The notes under the pieces: model-generated
The model's input: the letters and a program-made list of their open reading frames with translations, nothing else
What the model was told of the DNA's origin: nothing
The model's database searches: none
Shown: piece after piece, positions 1 through 11,000 of the stretch
Position numbering within the stretch: the stretch's first letter is position 1
Layout of the letters: each line of letters begins with the position of its first letter
Source of the DNA: Narcine bancroftii
Lineage: Eukaryota
Direction: 5' to 3'
Length of the DNA stretch: 64,000 nucleotides
Assembly (NCBI RefSeq): GCF_036971445.1
Contig: NC_091476.1
Span: forward strand, 102,548,001-102,612,000
Position numbers and translations under genes: made by a program

Positions 1-634
1 GTTCATGCTGGAATTTCTGAGAGAACATTGGAGAGGCTGGTTACTTTTTAACAGTTGGTGTGGGAAGGAGAACCATTGGAGAAAAGAATTGTGATCACCC
101 TCAGACACTCTTTCCCCACCCAAGTTCCCAAAGCATGGGCAGGGGACAGGCAGGATACTATAGCCCTATTAACCTCCTTCTGTGCTTACAAAACTGCTTG
201 TCTTGCACACATCAAAATCATGAGTATCTTGGAAATAACATGTTCATGCTTGCCAGCACAAACAAATTAAAACTTGAGACAGATCCACAAAAGCAGCTGA
301 AAAGGTCATCGTATGTTTTGTGTTACTGACAAGCAAGTACCTGGCAGTGTACCCAATTGTAAAACAGCCTCATTTTGGTCAGGATGAAGGAATAATATAC
401 AAGAACAAACCACCAGCATTTACACTGTGAATTGTGGACATTTCCAGTTTATTACATTGTGTCTTTGTAAAAATGTCAACAACTAATGTAGGCACAGTTG
501 TATCACATACAGGTCAGGATACAGTCAATGCTTTAATCTAGTTTAACCTTTTCACTGTTTTATTTTGTATTTTGAACAGCGAAGAGTGATCCACATTAAG
601 TATCCTTCGCATAACAGTGGAAAGGTTTTTTTTA

Positions 635-830
635 AAAGAGATATAGCACTGTGACAGGCCCTTCTGGCCCAAGAACCTACTCCACCTGAATAAACCCACG
701 TGACCAATTAACTTACAAACTCTGTCTGTCTTTCAAACATGAGAGGCAACCAGAGCACCTGGAGGAAATCCACACAGTCCTGGGGAGAGCATAAAACTCG
801 ATTCGAACTGGGTCGCTGTCACTGCTAGGT
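635..830 (-). mobile_element. V-SINE/HE1-like tRNA-derived SINE, decayed
   Basis: Reverse complement contains the V-domain-like core (ctccccaggactgtgtggatttcctccaggtgctctggttgcctctca) and a B-box-like ccagttcgaatc head; similar to copies at 3120-3350 and 4120-4375. Confidence 0.65.
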
Positions 831-2039
831 TTGTTTTTATTCAGTTATCATATTAGCATTTCTCCAAACTCTTCATTGTTAGTGGCCATCACTTTTCCCT
901 TGCCCTCAGACCTGACACCCCACCAGAGTTCTCTGGGTCTCCAGATTCAGATCTTGGTGTCTGCTGGGTTAGGTGAGGCAGAGGAGCAACAATTGAGGAG
1001 CAACAATCTTATGACAACGCTTCAGTTATCCAACTTGCTGGGGCTCTTGAAGGGGAAAGGCACTGAAGAGACTTCACAGGGGACCATGCTTGTGGAGTAA
1101 CAACAGCTCCTCTGTGAGGGGAGAGGAGAAAGACAAGAGAAATTAATTCCTTGTTTAGCACGGGGGCTTGTAGAACTGGCAGACAGTGGATTTACTGTTT
1201 CAGCCCAACGGGTTTATTTCACTGTTAATACTCCCTCAATGCTCCTTCCCGTTGATCCTCTGCTCGCCCTTTTATCATATCCCTTGTCTTATCTTAGTTC
1301 TCCAAAAATCCACTCAGCATCAGAACAATTGTTTCCTTTGGTTTCGTGGGTTCTGCGGTGGCTGCCAAGGCGTGGGTTGCACACCAAGGCTATACCACAG
1401 GAGATATTTGACAGCAACTGGCAGGCAGGTAGGTTATTTGGCCAATGATGTGCTCCATCAAAAGCTCAACCTGGGGCTTCCTCGTTAAGGTGGGCAGTCA
1501 TCGTTGGGGAGGTTAATGGAAAACCAAAGGTACATTTCAAAGTAATTCAGATGTCCTTACAGTTTCTCACTTGGAAATCCTTGCACCAGTGGTGACTCTG
1601 GTTCTTCAAGATAGTTATCCCTGGTAATGAACTTGAAGATCAAAAAAATGCTGAAGGACATTTCCAATCAATGGTCTTCCACCTCTGTTTATTGGTCCAC
1701 AGATGCTACCCGATCTGCTGAGTTCCTCCTGAATTTTCTGTTTTTGATTGGGCATTGAAATAGCCCAGGACGGCCAGCTTATCCTTCCCTGGACTACAAG
1801 CCATGCTTTCCTCAAGTGTGGAGCAAAAATCCTTGTTGGTCATACCTGTAGCTTCCATAGATGGTGTGTCCATAGCTTACTGATTCCACGTCTGTGTTCC
1901 TTTATCCACCGAGGAATCACTGAGACACCAACCTAGCCAATTAGCGACAGTAAAGTTCCCCCATGAAAATGGGCCTTGGTCAGTTTGCCTCTGCAGCAGA
2001 TAGGGAGCCTATTCCTTGTATCTAATGCACTAGCTGCTC

Positions 2040-2274
2040 TGTTTTGTTGATATTTGTTTAATTGCCCTTCTTTTTTTGAGCAATTGGCTGCTTCCTTCCT
2101 GAAGTCAATCGCTTTGATGGTGGCCTTTATCAGAAAACCTCCTCAGCTGGTCACATACCAGGAAACAGAGCATAACCAGAGGAATCTGACAGGGAGTCAG
2201 GTGATCCTTCCACACTCTGAGTGACACTGTGTAGTTTAATTTAGGAATGAGCTGGAAAGGAGAGAGAGGGGGGT

Positions 2275-2305
<31 letters not shown>

Positions 2306-2802
2306 GGAGAAGGGGGGGGTAGTGAGTGGAGAAGGGGGGGTAGTGAGAGGTGGGAGGGAGAAGGGGTAGTGAGAGAGGTGGGAGGGAGAAGGTGGGGGCC
2401 GAGAGAGGGGGACAGAGAGAGGGAGGGGCAGATTTGAGCTGGAAGTCATGCCCACACTGCAAAACAGAGATTGTGCACTGCATTCCACTGACCTCCCTCC
2501 CTTGTCCTGCCCTCTCTGATCCTTGGTTATCATTAAGTTATCTACCGTATAAACACAGCATATTTTGAAACAAGAAATAATCAAAAATCTTCAAGCTTAT
2601 AATAAACAAAACCCAAAATCAAACCAACAACCATGTCAGTCTGTGCGGGAGCAGACATGACAAGAATGAGCCTCAGTTTCCTGGTATGTGATCAGCTGAG
2701 GAAGTTTTCTGATAAAGGCCACCATCAAAGCGATTGGCTTCAGGAAGGAAGCAGCCAATTGCTCAAAAAAAGAAGGGCAATTAAACAAATATCAACAAAA
2801 CA
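2040..2802. repeat. Long inverted repeat: ~127-bp arms (2040-2166 and 2676-2802) around a spacer with a (GA)n/G-rich purine tract
   Basis: The arm at 2676-2802 is the reverse complement of 2040-2166 with about 3 transition mismatches, read directly. The ORF track shows the shared peptide FLVCDQLR.FSDKGHHQSD on both strands. Confidence 0.92.
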
Positions 2803-3119
2803 TATGAAGAGGGAGTATCAAACAAATGACCATCGTCAGCTGGGGACACAGGAAAGTGCACAGCGGAAAAGATGTAGAAAATTACAACAGTGAAATGAAC
2901 AAAGAATTTACATTTATGTGGACCCCACAGAGTCCTAGGAAGTGCTGAAGTACTTCACACACAGAAACTTTGTCGTTGCAATGTAGGAAACCTGTCAGCC
3001 ACTTTGAGCTAAAAAAAGTCACAAAATGATGGCCATTTGGCCCATTACATCTGTTACAGCAGCTTCGTCCTCCCATGCTCCACCGTCCTTTCTCCGCAGG
3101 TTTACACGTTTCTCTTTTT

Positions 3120-3350
3120 ATTAAATATAGACATACAGCACAGTATCAGGCCTTTACTGTCCATGAGCCCGTTCCAGTCAAATATGTACACCAATTAACC
3201 TACAATTTCGTACTTTTTTGAAGCGTGGGAAGAAACCGAAGCATCTGGAGGAAACCCATGTAGACAGGGGGAGAACATACTAATTCCTTACAGAGAATGT
3301 TGGATTTAAACCCGGATCGCCGGCACTGAAATAATGCTGCACTAACAGTA
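3120..3350 (-). mobile_element. V-SINE/HE1-like SINE
   Basis: gtgggaagaaaccgaagcatctggaggaaacccatgtagacagggggagaacatac is the reverse complement of the V-SINE core. Confidence 0.65.
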
Positions 3351-3539
3351 TCCCCCCAAATTATTGGAGTTTTACAATAAATGCAAGGTGTTTATCATTT
3401 TTGTTTGTTGCTGTTGAGTCATAACAGCTGCAAAGCCTATGTCGAACAAATGTTATGCATTTAGAGTCAGTGTTTCATAGTTGGAGTAGGGGAATCGGTA
3501 AGCAGGGGTTGGGGAAAGGGTAAGTGTGCAAGTGCACAA

Positions 3540-3900
3540 CTGTTGGGGCATACTGAGGGAGCGCTGCATTCTAGGATGGCAACCCGAGAGAACATGGCTC
3601 TGTTAGATGGGCAGTGCTACATAAGCACTACTTTGTTGGACAAGCAGTACTGAGAGAGGAATGTATCGATGCAGACATAATATGGAGGGAAAGTCCAGAG
3701 GTGAGTTGGGAGCAGCAGGAATGAGAGGCTACTTCACAAATCAAGGATCTGAACAAAATTACTGGGATAAAATTTGAAGGAGTTCATACACGGACTAATT
3801 ATGAACAAACACTGTTCCTTCAGAAGTGGCATGTTTTAAATGAGATGTTGAGGGGCTGTGCCTGCCTTATAAACACCATTATTTTTACAATGATTGTGTC
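3540..3900 (+). mobile_element. Deu-domain SINE remnant (SacSINE1/AmnSINE-like) with repeated ACTGAGGGAG-type motifs
   Basis: actgagggagcgctgcatt at ~3552, cagtactgagagagg at ~3645, and gtggcatgttttaaatgagatgttgagggg at ~3826 resemble the Deu domain. Confidence 0.45.
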
Positions 3901-4119
3901 CCTTTGACCTCATTATAATTATCATTCAACATTCACCTAACTAATCAGCTTTAAACAACAAAGTCTGCAGATGCTGCGATTTAGAGCAATACACAAAAGC
4001 GCTGGAGAAACTCAGATCACTCAGCATCTCTACGAAGTAAAGAGAGACCAATGTTTTGGGACTGACCCCTTCACCAAGGTATACCCATACCCAGGTATAT
4101 CCAGGGCAGCACAGTTAGA

Positions 4120-4375
4120 ATCAAGGTCGACACAGTTAGCATGGCGGTTAGCACAAACTTGTTGCAGACCCAGGCGCCCCGGGTTCAAATTCAGCACTGT
4201 CTGTATGTTTGTACATTCTCCCCATATCTGTGCGGGTTTCCCCTGGATGCTCTGGTTTTCTCCCACCCTCCAATGTTGAGATGTACCAGGTTAGTAGGTT
4301 AATTGATCAAATTGGTGTATTTGGACTTGTGGACTGGAAAGCCTATAACCGTGGTGCATCTTGAAATTAATTAAA
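4120..4375 (+). mobile_element. V-SINE/HE1-like SINE
   Basis: A-box-like tagcatggcggttagc, B-box gggttcaaatt, V core tgtacattctccccatatctgtgcgggtttcccctggatgctctggttttctcccac, and an (aatta)n tail. Confidence 0.7.
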
Positions 4376-5529
4376 TTAATCTGGCATCCAATTGTTTGAA
4401 ATCTGCTGATCTGGCATCTGGCTCACTCTTTATTTATTTTTAGACATTATCACGGTAACAGGCCCTTTCAGCCCACAAGCCCGTGCCGTCCAATTATCTT
4501 ACAACCCTGGTCCGAATCGCTGGTGCTGTTACAGCATTGTGCTAATCATGCAGCCAGTCAGGAACATGAGCTAAGTGATCAGGGTGCAGGTGGGATGAAC
4601 AGTCAAAGCAGGGTGCTGGATTGAGGTTGGGGGTCAGGACTCTGGGGCAGAACTGGGACCTGGGGACTTGAGTACAAAGGTCAGGACCCCTGTGTACATT
4701 GTGGCTGGAGTTGAGATCTGGAGTGCTTACATAGAACAGTGCAGTACAGGAACAGGCCCTTTCGTTCACAATGCCTATGCCAAGCAGAATGCCAAAGCAT
4801 TGATCAAATGGACCAGAAACACTGAAGAGGTAGGGTTATTTTTTTTGCAACGAGTTTTGCTGAGGAATGCACTCTGTAAGGGAGGTAGAAATTCAATTAA
4901 ATAAATAGATTCAATTAAAAATATCCGAGGGAAATTGGATAATTAAAACATTTGAATGCATAGATATCCTAAGTGGATAAACTGGCCAGACTGCCTTTGT
5001 TCTTCTCCAACATTATGATACAATTCTACCAAAAGAACAAGAAAAGGTAGAGATACAATTTTGTTTGGCCTTGTAACCAGTTCTTGGGATGATTTGTTCC
5101 TAAATTCCTCCAATCTACCTTTCATGAGGTCCTCTTACAACATTGAAGAAATACTAATGCATCGAAGTACAAAATGTGGGCCAAGTGGAGGAACATTGGA
5201 TTGGTCCAGCATTTCAGGCAAGCACAGACTTGAGCTGAAAGGTCTGCTTCTGTTCTGTGCTGTATGACTCATTTGATTTATAGCAGTTTTCAGGAAAAAC
5301 ATTCTAGATTCCCACTGCCCTGAGAATGTCACAATGGGAAATGTTCAGGTGAATACATTATAACTCACTATGCTGAGACTCACTGGAAGAAGAAAGTTAA
5401 ATCTTTAAAGGGAACTAGAAAACATAATCAAATGCATTAGGAGCAAACATCACAGTGAACATTGACACATTCTCCACAAATGCAGCATTTACTACCAACC
5501 AAGAAACATAACCATGCTATCATACTCAC

Positions 5530-5687
5530 ACCATGCTTTGCCCCTCCATTTACTGGGCGGAAAGACCAGTCCACTGTCAAGCGTTGTGTGATGGGCGAAG
5601 AGGACCTGAACTTGCAGCTCAGTTCTATGTCCTCTCCAATGAAACCTTTGGTCTCTGATGCCAAAGAAACTTCAATAGAGGCAACAC
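5530..5687 (-). CDS. MPZL3: Myelin protein zero-like 3, coding exon 2 (N-terminal half of IgV domain)
   Basis: Acceptor ccttccaaacag|GT and donor GGT|gtgagt; 158 nt, phase 1 to 0. Encodes (G)VASIEVSLASETKGFIGEDIELSCKFRSSSPITQRLTVDWSFRPVNGGAKHG, resembling human MPZL3 (GYVGEKIKLKCTFKSTSDVTDKLTIDWTYRP). Position next to MPZL2 fits synteny. Exon 3 onward not found in the window. Confidence 0.85.
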
Positions 5688-6603
5688 CTGTTTGGAAGGA
5701 GTGCTGGAGTCAATACCAAGTAAGAAGAATGACTGGTTCAGCAAGAATGTTTCATTTTTGTAAATTATTCTAATACAACGAATGTAATCAGAAATTGTTT
5801 AAGCTGTGTCTATGAATAGCATGGAGATGTTCGAATACAGGAATGAGATTTGTCTGTGCATTTAAGTTAATAAGAATCCAAAATCTTTTTTAAAATGGAT
5901 TTGTTGGAAATCTGAGCTAGAAATGACCAGAAATACTCAGCAGGTGTGCAGAAAGAGAAACTGATTGAGAAGTTTCAGGTCAAAGGTTCTTTCTCATAAA
6001 TGGGAAATAGAGAAAACAAGAGCAACACAGAATGGTGGAGGGTTTCAGCAGGCCAGGCAGCATCCATGGAAGGCAAAAGACCACCAATGTTGGGGGCTGA
6101 AACCCTTCATCAGGAATAGCAAGAGAGAAAACAAGTTTGGTTTAAAATTGCAGAGAAGGCAAGGCAAGAATGATGGGAACAAAGGATAAGGTGGTCAGGA
6201 GAGAGGATGAACGGGGGTGGGGAACAAGGGGAGGATGGGGAACGAGAAGAGGGTGGGGAATGAGGAGAATGAGAGGAGGGTGGGGAACGAGAGGAGGGTA
6301 AGGAACCAGGGGAGGATGGAGGGAGGCGGGGAACGAGAAGAGAACCAGGGAAGGCAATACAAAAAGGGCAAGGTGAGAAACGAACGGGGAGCAGGGAAGG
6401 GAGAGATTGGGAGAACGAGGGTTGAGGAGAGGGATCAGTGCTGGGCCGGGTGGGAAGAGGAGTTGGGCTGGAGGGGGAGTGGAGGGTGAGCAACCTTTTG
6501 GGACTGCACCTTGGGACAGACGGAAAGGCAGAAGATTGGTGTAACCGAAGGGAAACGCCGGCACGGGACAATTCCCCCTCATCTCCTCCCGGCCCGGACT
6601 TAC

Positions 6604-6691
6604 CTGGGACTAGGAGCAGGGGAAGGAGCAGCAGGACCGGGTCGTGGCGTGGCGACCGGGCCGTATCTAGGGTCCGGGATCTCAGGCACAT
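6604..6691 (-). CDS. MPZL3: MPZL3 coding exon 1 (signal peptide)
   Basis: ATG at 6691-6689; encodes MCLRSRTLDTARSPRHDPVLLLLPLLLVP(G); strong donor CAG|gtaagt at 6604/6603. Phase 1 matches exon 2. Lies in a CpG-rich patch. Confidence 0.8.
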
Positions 6692-6774
6692 TCCGACCCA
6701 GATCGCCGCAACGTCACGTCAGGTGAGTGCGGAAGAGGAGGCAGGAAACGGGTGTCCCAGGTGAAGGGGAAGGG

Positions 6775-7258
6775 ACTCGGTGACGTCACTGTCCGGGCAA
6801 TCAGACGGGTTGCGTCACTACCCAGTCTACCTGACAGGTGAGGTCATTGCCCAGGCTACCCGATGGATGACGTCACTGTTCATGCTTCCTGACAGGTGAC
6901 GTCACTGCCCAGTCTACCCGACGGGTGATGTTACTGCCCTCCTGTTCTTACCCTGGCAGATCAGCTCACTGCCCTCCTCTACCCACCACCTGACAGGTCA
7001 GCTTACTGATCACCTCTACCTACCCTGGCAGGTCAGCTCTGCTCACCACTACCTACCCCCAGGCAGGTCAGCTCACTGACCACCTCTACCTACCCTGGCA
7101 GGTCAGTGCACAGCCAATGTCTATCCACCCCCTGGCAAGTCAGCTCTGCTCACCACTACCCACCCTCAGGCAGGTCAGCTCACTGACCCCCTCTACCTAC
7201 CCTGGCAGGTCAGTGCACTGACCACCTCTAACTACCCAGACTGGTCAGTGCACTGCAC
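6775..7258. promoter_or_regulatory. Degenerate ~29-33-bp tandem repeat upstream of MPZL3 with CRE palindromes and AGGTCA half-sites
   Basis: TGACGTCA at 6781-6788, 6868-6875 and 6897-6904 in units like gtgacgtcactgcccagtctacctgacag. Distal units (ggcaggtcagctcactgaccacctctacctaccct) each contain AGGTCA. The repeat is seen directly; regulatory function is inferred. Confidence 0.6.
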
Positions 7259-7637
7259 AGTTTGGCTCCAACATACCCCATCATGACTGCCAACAATACA
7301 AAAACAATGGTTTCCTTTCCATGGACAGTCCTGCCACTTTAAACACCACTCCCTTGTAAACAAAAACACATTGGTTAAGACTCACATGCCCAATAGGGAT
7401 CTGCCAGCTGACCTGACCCCTTTCCTTCTCTGGCCAAAGTCACGCCGGTTGCTTTTACCCTATTGTTTTGACCAGAAAGATCTCACAAACAGCATTACTA
7501 ACAAAATTTGCTTCGGTAAAGTTTATTGGAGGATCCAGGACAGGTTATTCTTTGCTCACTTCAAGAAGTCTTTCTCAACCATCTTGGAGGGCAGAAGTGT
7601 CATGTATTTGTCGTTCATAAAAGACTGCACACGAAGA

Positions 7638-7789
7638 TGTAATGCTTCAGTCATTTGTTTAATATAGAACGATACAGTATAAATGAATGATGATGCCATC
7701 ACGCTGGGCGTGATGAATAAACTATAATGTAACTGTAATATTAAATGACCAGATCACTGAACATGGTCCTTCAGTCACTCAAGAGGACA
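7638..7789 (-). repeat. Putative 3' LTR of the Gypsy element
   Basis: On - strand a purine tract (gagggaaaaa) directly precedes TGTCC...ATTAAA...ATTACA (TG...CA, 152 bp). No second LTR copy is present to confirm. Confidence 0.5.
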
Positions 7790-10700
7790 TTTTTCCCTCA
7801 GAGAGGTAGAATTCGTCGAGGTACATTGAAACTTCTCCGTCTCTTTGCTTTTGGGGGTGGTACCTCGGCTGGAGGTGAGGACTGTGAAATTTGTTTTTGG
7901 TGGACCACATCCGGACGTTGCATAGGACTGTGTTGTTGAGCAGGCTGCTTGACTGAATCATAGGACTGCTTGGTTGAGACAGAGCCTAATTTCTCAAAGG
8001 TAATTCTGGAAAGTTCACAGTAGGATAGGCCCTTGGAGTTTCATTTGGGGTAGCAAAGCCTCATAGAATTCTATCTGAATTGATTGTCCAAACATCACTT
8101 CAACTGGTGTTCGTTTGGTGGTAGAGTGAAGTGTAGTTCTAAAGCTTAATAGGAAATCTGCATTTTTATGACCCCATGATGTTTTTAGTGTTTTCTTCAT
8201 CTTCATGGCCTTCTTGATGGTCTATACAAAATGTTCTGCTTCCCCGTTTTTGCTTGGGTCACAGGGTGCTGACAAGATTGCCAAACACTGTTATTCTGCA
8301 GGAATACAGAATACAGATACAAACTGTGGTCTATTATCGGAAGCCAATTCAATCAGTAATCCATACATTACAAATATACTTCGAGGTTTTTCAATGGCCG
8401 GTCTGTTGTTGTTTTCTTCATGTGTACTTCCACTGACCATTTAGAGTCTGCATCACCACAATGAGGAAGTTTCCCCCCACGAACGGACCAGCAAAATCAA
8501 TGTGAATCCTGTGCCAGGGGTATGATGGCCATTTCCACGGATTTGCTTCGGTTAAGGGACTCTGGGTTTCACATTGACAAATGCCATATCTTCTTATGGT
8601 TTGTTCAATGTCTAGGCCTATTGAAAGCCAGACATGCATACGTGCTTTCATTCGAACCATCCCCGGGAGTTGTTGGTGGAATTCTGACAATCTTGCTGTT
8701 TTGTATGGATGATCGTTCTGGTTCCCCAAAATAAACAACCTCCTCAACTGATAATTCATTGTGACTTGTATAATAAGGTTTTAGTTCTTCTGATATCACT
8801 TTGGCCTCAGGCCACCCATTTGATGTGAAGTAGAGGTCCCTTGACAGTAGAGTTTCTTTTTGTACTCCTTTACTGATTGTTTTTGCTGTAATAGGTAAAT
8901 GGTGAAGTTGTTCTTGATTAATAGGTGTAGCTTTTACTGTCCATTTAATGATCTTGTCTTTCTGTTAGTTTCTGGTAGGGGCAGGTGAGATAGTGCATCA
9001 ACATGGTTGTTTTGTGTTGCTGGTTTATGTTTTAAATCATGTGTAGTGAGCAACATGGCCCATTTTTGAATTCTTGTTGCTGCTAGCACGCTAGCACTGG
9101 TAGCCCGTTTTAGGGTCTAAAATCAAACTCAGTGGTTTGTTGTTGGTTACCAAGGTAAACTTCTTACCATATAAGTATTGGTGGAATCAATGATGCCAAA
9201 CACTATGACGTCCTTCCTTTTCCAATCGTGCATAATTCCGTTCACAAGTCATCAGAGAGCGGGAGGCATATGCTACCAGTTGTTCCCCTTTTTTAGTTAC
9301 TTGTGAAAACACCACTCCTAATCCTACTGGCGACCTGTCTACCACCAGAGTAACTTCTTTGTTTGGGACATAGTGGATGAGAACATTGTTGCTTCACGTT
9401 AGTATTTCTTTCAAGCAGTCCACTGCGTGACTAGTCTTGTTATTCCAATACCATTTCTTGTCCTTTTTTTTAACAACATATTTGGAACGTGCTTCCAATA
9501 ATGGTTAACCAAGCCCAGGAATGATTGCAATTTGGCACGGTTTGTTGGGTAAGGTGCTTCGGTGCCAGAAGTATCCATTTGTACTCCTTTGCTGTTAATT
9601 GTAAAGCCCAGATATGTGATTGTACCATAATCACATAAATGTACCAGGAATGTACCATAAATACGCATTTGTCTTGGCAAATGGGTTAGGACCTTTTCAA
9701 GATTGGATAGGTGTTCCGATTCACCTCGACCAGAAATTATAATGTCATTGAGGTAGCAACCTACATTAAGTCCATGTAACAATTTGTCCATGACCACTTG
9801 AAATATGGCCAGTGCTGCTGATATTCCATGTTTCATTTTAGTATAGGTGAATAATCCCAAATGAGTATTGATCACCACACATTTCTTTGAGTCGTCATCC
9901 AATTTTACTTGTTGGTATGGTTGTGATAATTCTAACTTGGTGAATTTCTTTTCTCTGTTCAAGGCTTGAAATAATTCTTCTGCTTTGGGTATAGGGTGTT
10001 TTGGTATCTGCAGAGATAACAAAGTTAATGGTGATTTTGTAATCACTGCAAATTTGAATTTCCCCATTGGCTTTTTGCACTGGCACGATGGGAGCTACTG
10101 TATTGAATTTGTTCCAGTATTCCCTCGTATTCCAGTCCTTTAAGTTCCACTTCAGTCTTTCCTTTTATGGCAAAAACTCCCTTCTGGATTAAAAAAAAAT
10201 TAGACTCAATCCCTGGTTTCAAGTGTAATTTTGTCTGGATTCCTTGGATTTTTCCTTGGCCTTCTTCAAAAACTCCCTGGTACTTCTTGAGAACTTGTTC
10301 CAGTTTTGACTTATCTTCTAGGCACAAATTCATCCAATCTAGTTGAATGTAGGATAGCCAGTTTCTTCCGAACAATTCTGGCCCTTTAGTGTCAACGATG
10401 TAGAGGGATAGTCATCTCAGTTTTGTTCACGTTTATTTTCCAAACACCTTGAATTTCCCCTGTGACTGTTTTTAACACTGTGCTGGCCTGTTTAATGGTG
10501 AGGTGAGGCAGGAGTCATTGTTTGAGATTTAATGGCATCAGCGAAACTGCTGCTCCTGTGTCCATTTCCATTCAGAGGCTCATTGTTGATTTTCACCTTG
10601 ATATAGAATTCTGATTTTCTATCATTAAATCCATGAATATACATGGTTTCCCCCGCCCCCACAACCCCTTATCCTCTTCTGAGTCATTTGTTTGAGTACT

Positions 10701-11000
10701 GGGGCTTTCACCCTTCTCTTCCTCCAATGTTTTTACCCTGGTGGGATGTTTCTCGTATCTCCCTCCGTCCATTCTTTTTAATCCTTTTTACCTTTGTTTC
10801 TCAGGCAGTTGACTTTGATGTGCCCTCCTTTGTCACATAGAGGGCACTTAGACCATCTGAAATAACAGTTATGAGGTGTATAGTTGCTTTACCTGCAGCG
10901 GAAGCAGTTTTGGCGGGAAAATTTGCCCTCCAATAGAGGATCACCTTGGTAGATGTCCACTTTGTTATCTCCATCTTGAAACCAACCCCTTTTCTCATCT
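7638..11000 (-). mobile_element. Decayed Ty3/Gypsy LTR retrotransposon (gag zinc knuckles, protease, RT, RNase H, integrase), 5' LTR missing
   Basis: On - strand: gag CFRC...C and CPLCDKGGHIKVNC (~10800-10910), protease MEMDTGAAVS (~10540-10575), RT ORF 9411-10067 (HPIPKAEELF, YQQVKL, CYLNDIII), integrase 8000-8800 (PWHRIHIDFAGPF). PR-RT-RH-IN order is Gypsy-type. Many stops and frameshifts. Confidence 0.9.

Noticed and set aside
4120-4200. tRNA gene
   Set aside because: A/B-box-like motifs belong to a SINE head followed by the V domain; no cloverleaf. The same applies to ~59710-59790.
1-5529. MPZL3 exon 3 or later exons
   Set aside because: No DASI/DNGT/NPPD-type coding segment was found on the - strand; these exons presumably lie left of the window.
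6110-6603. Remainder of the 193-aa ORF 6110-6691 and overlapping Pro/Ser- or Gly/Arg-rich ORFs
   Set aside because: Only 6604-6691 is exon. The rest reads through a strong donor into a low-complexity purine/pyrimidine tract.
7764-7772. tggtccttc as a tRNA-Tyr primer-binding site after an ACA
   Set aside because: Only a 9-nt match, and on the wrong strand and wrong end for the - strand Gypsy element.
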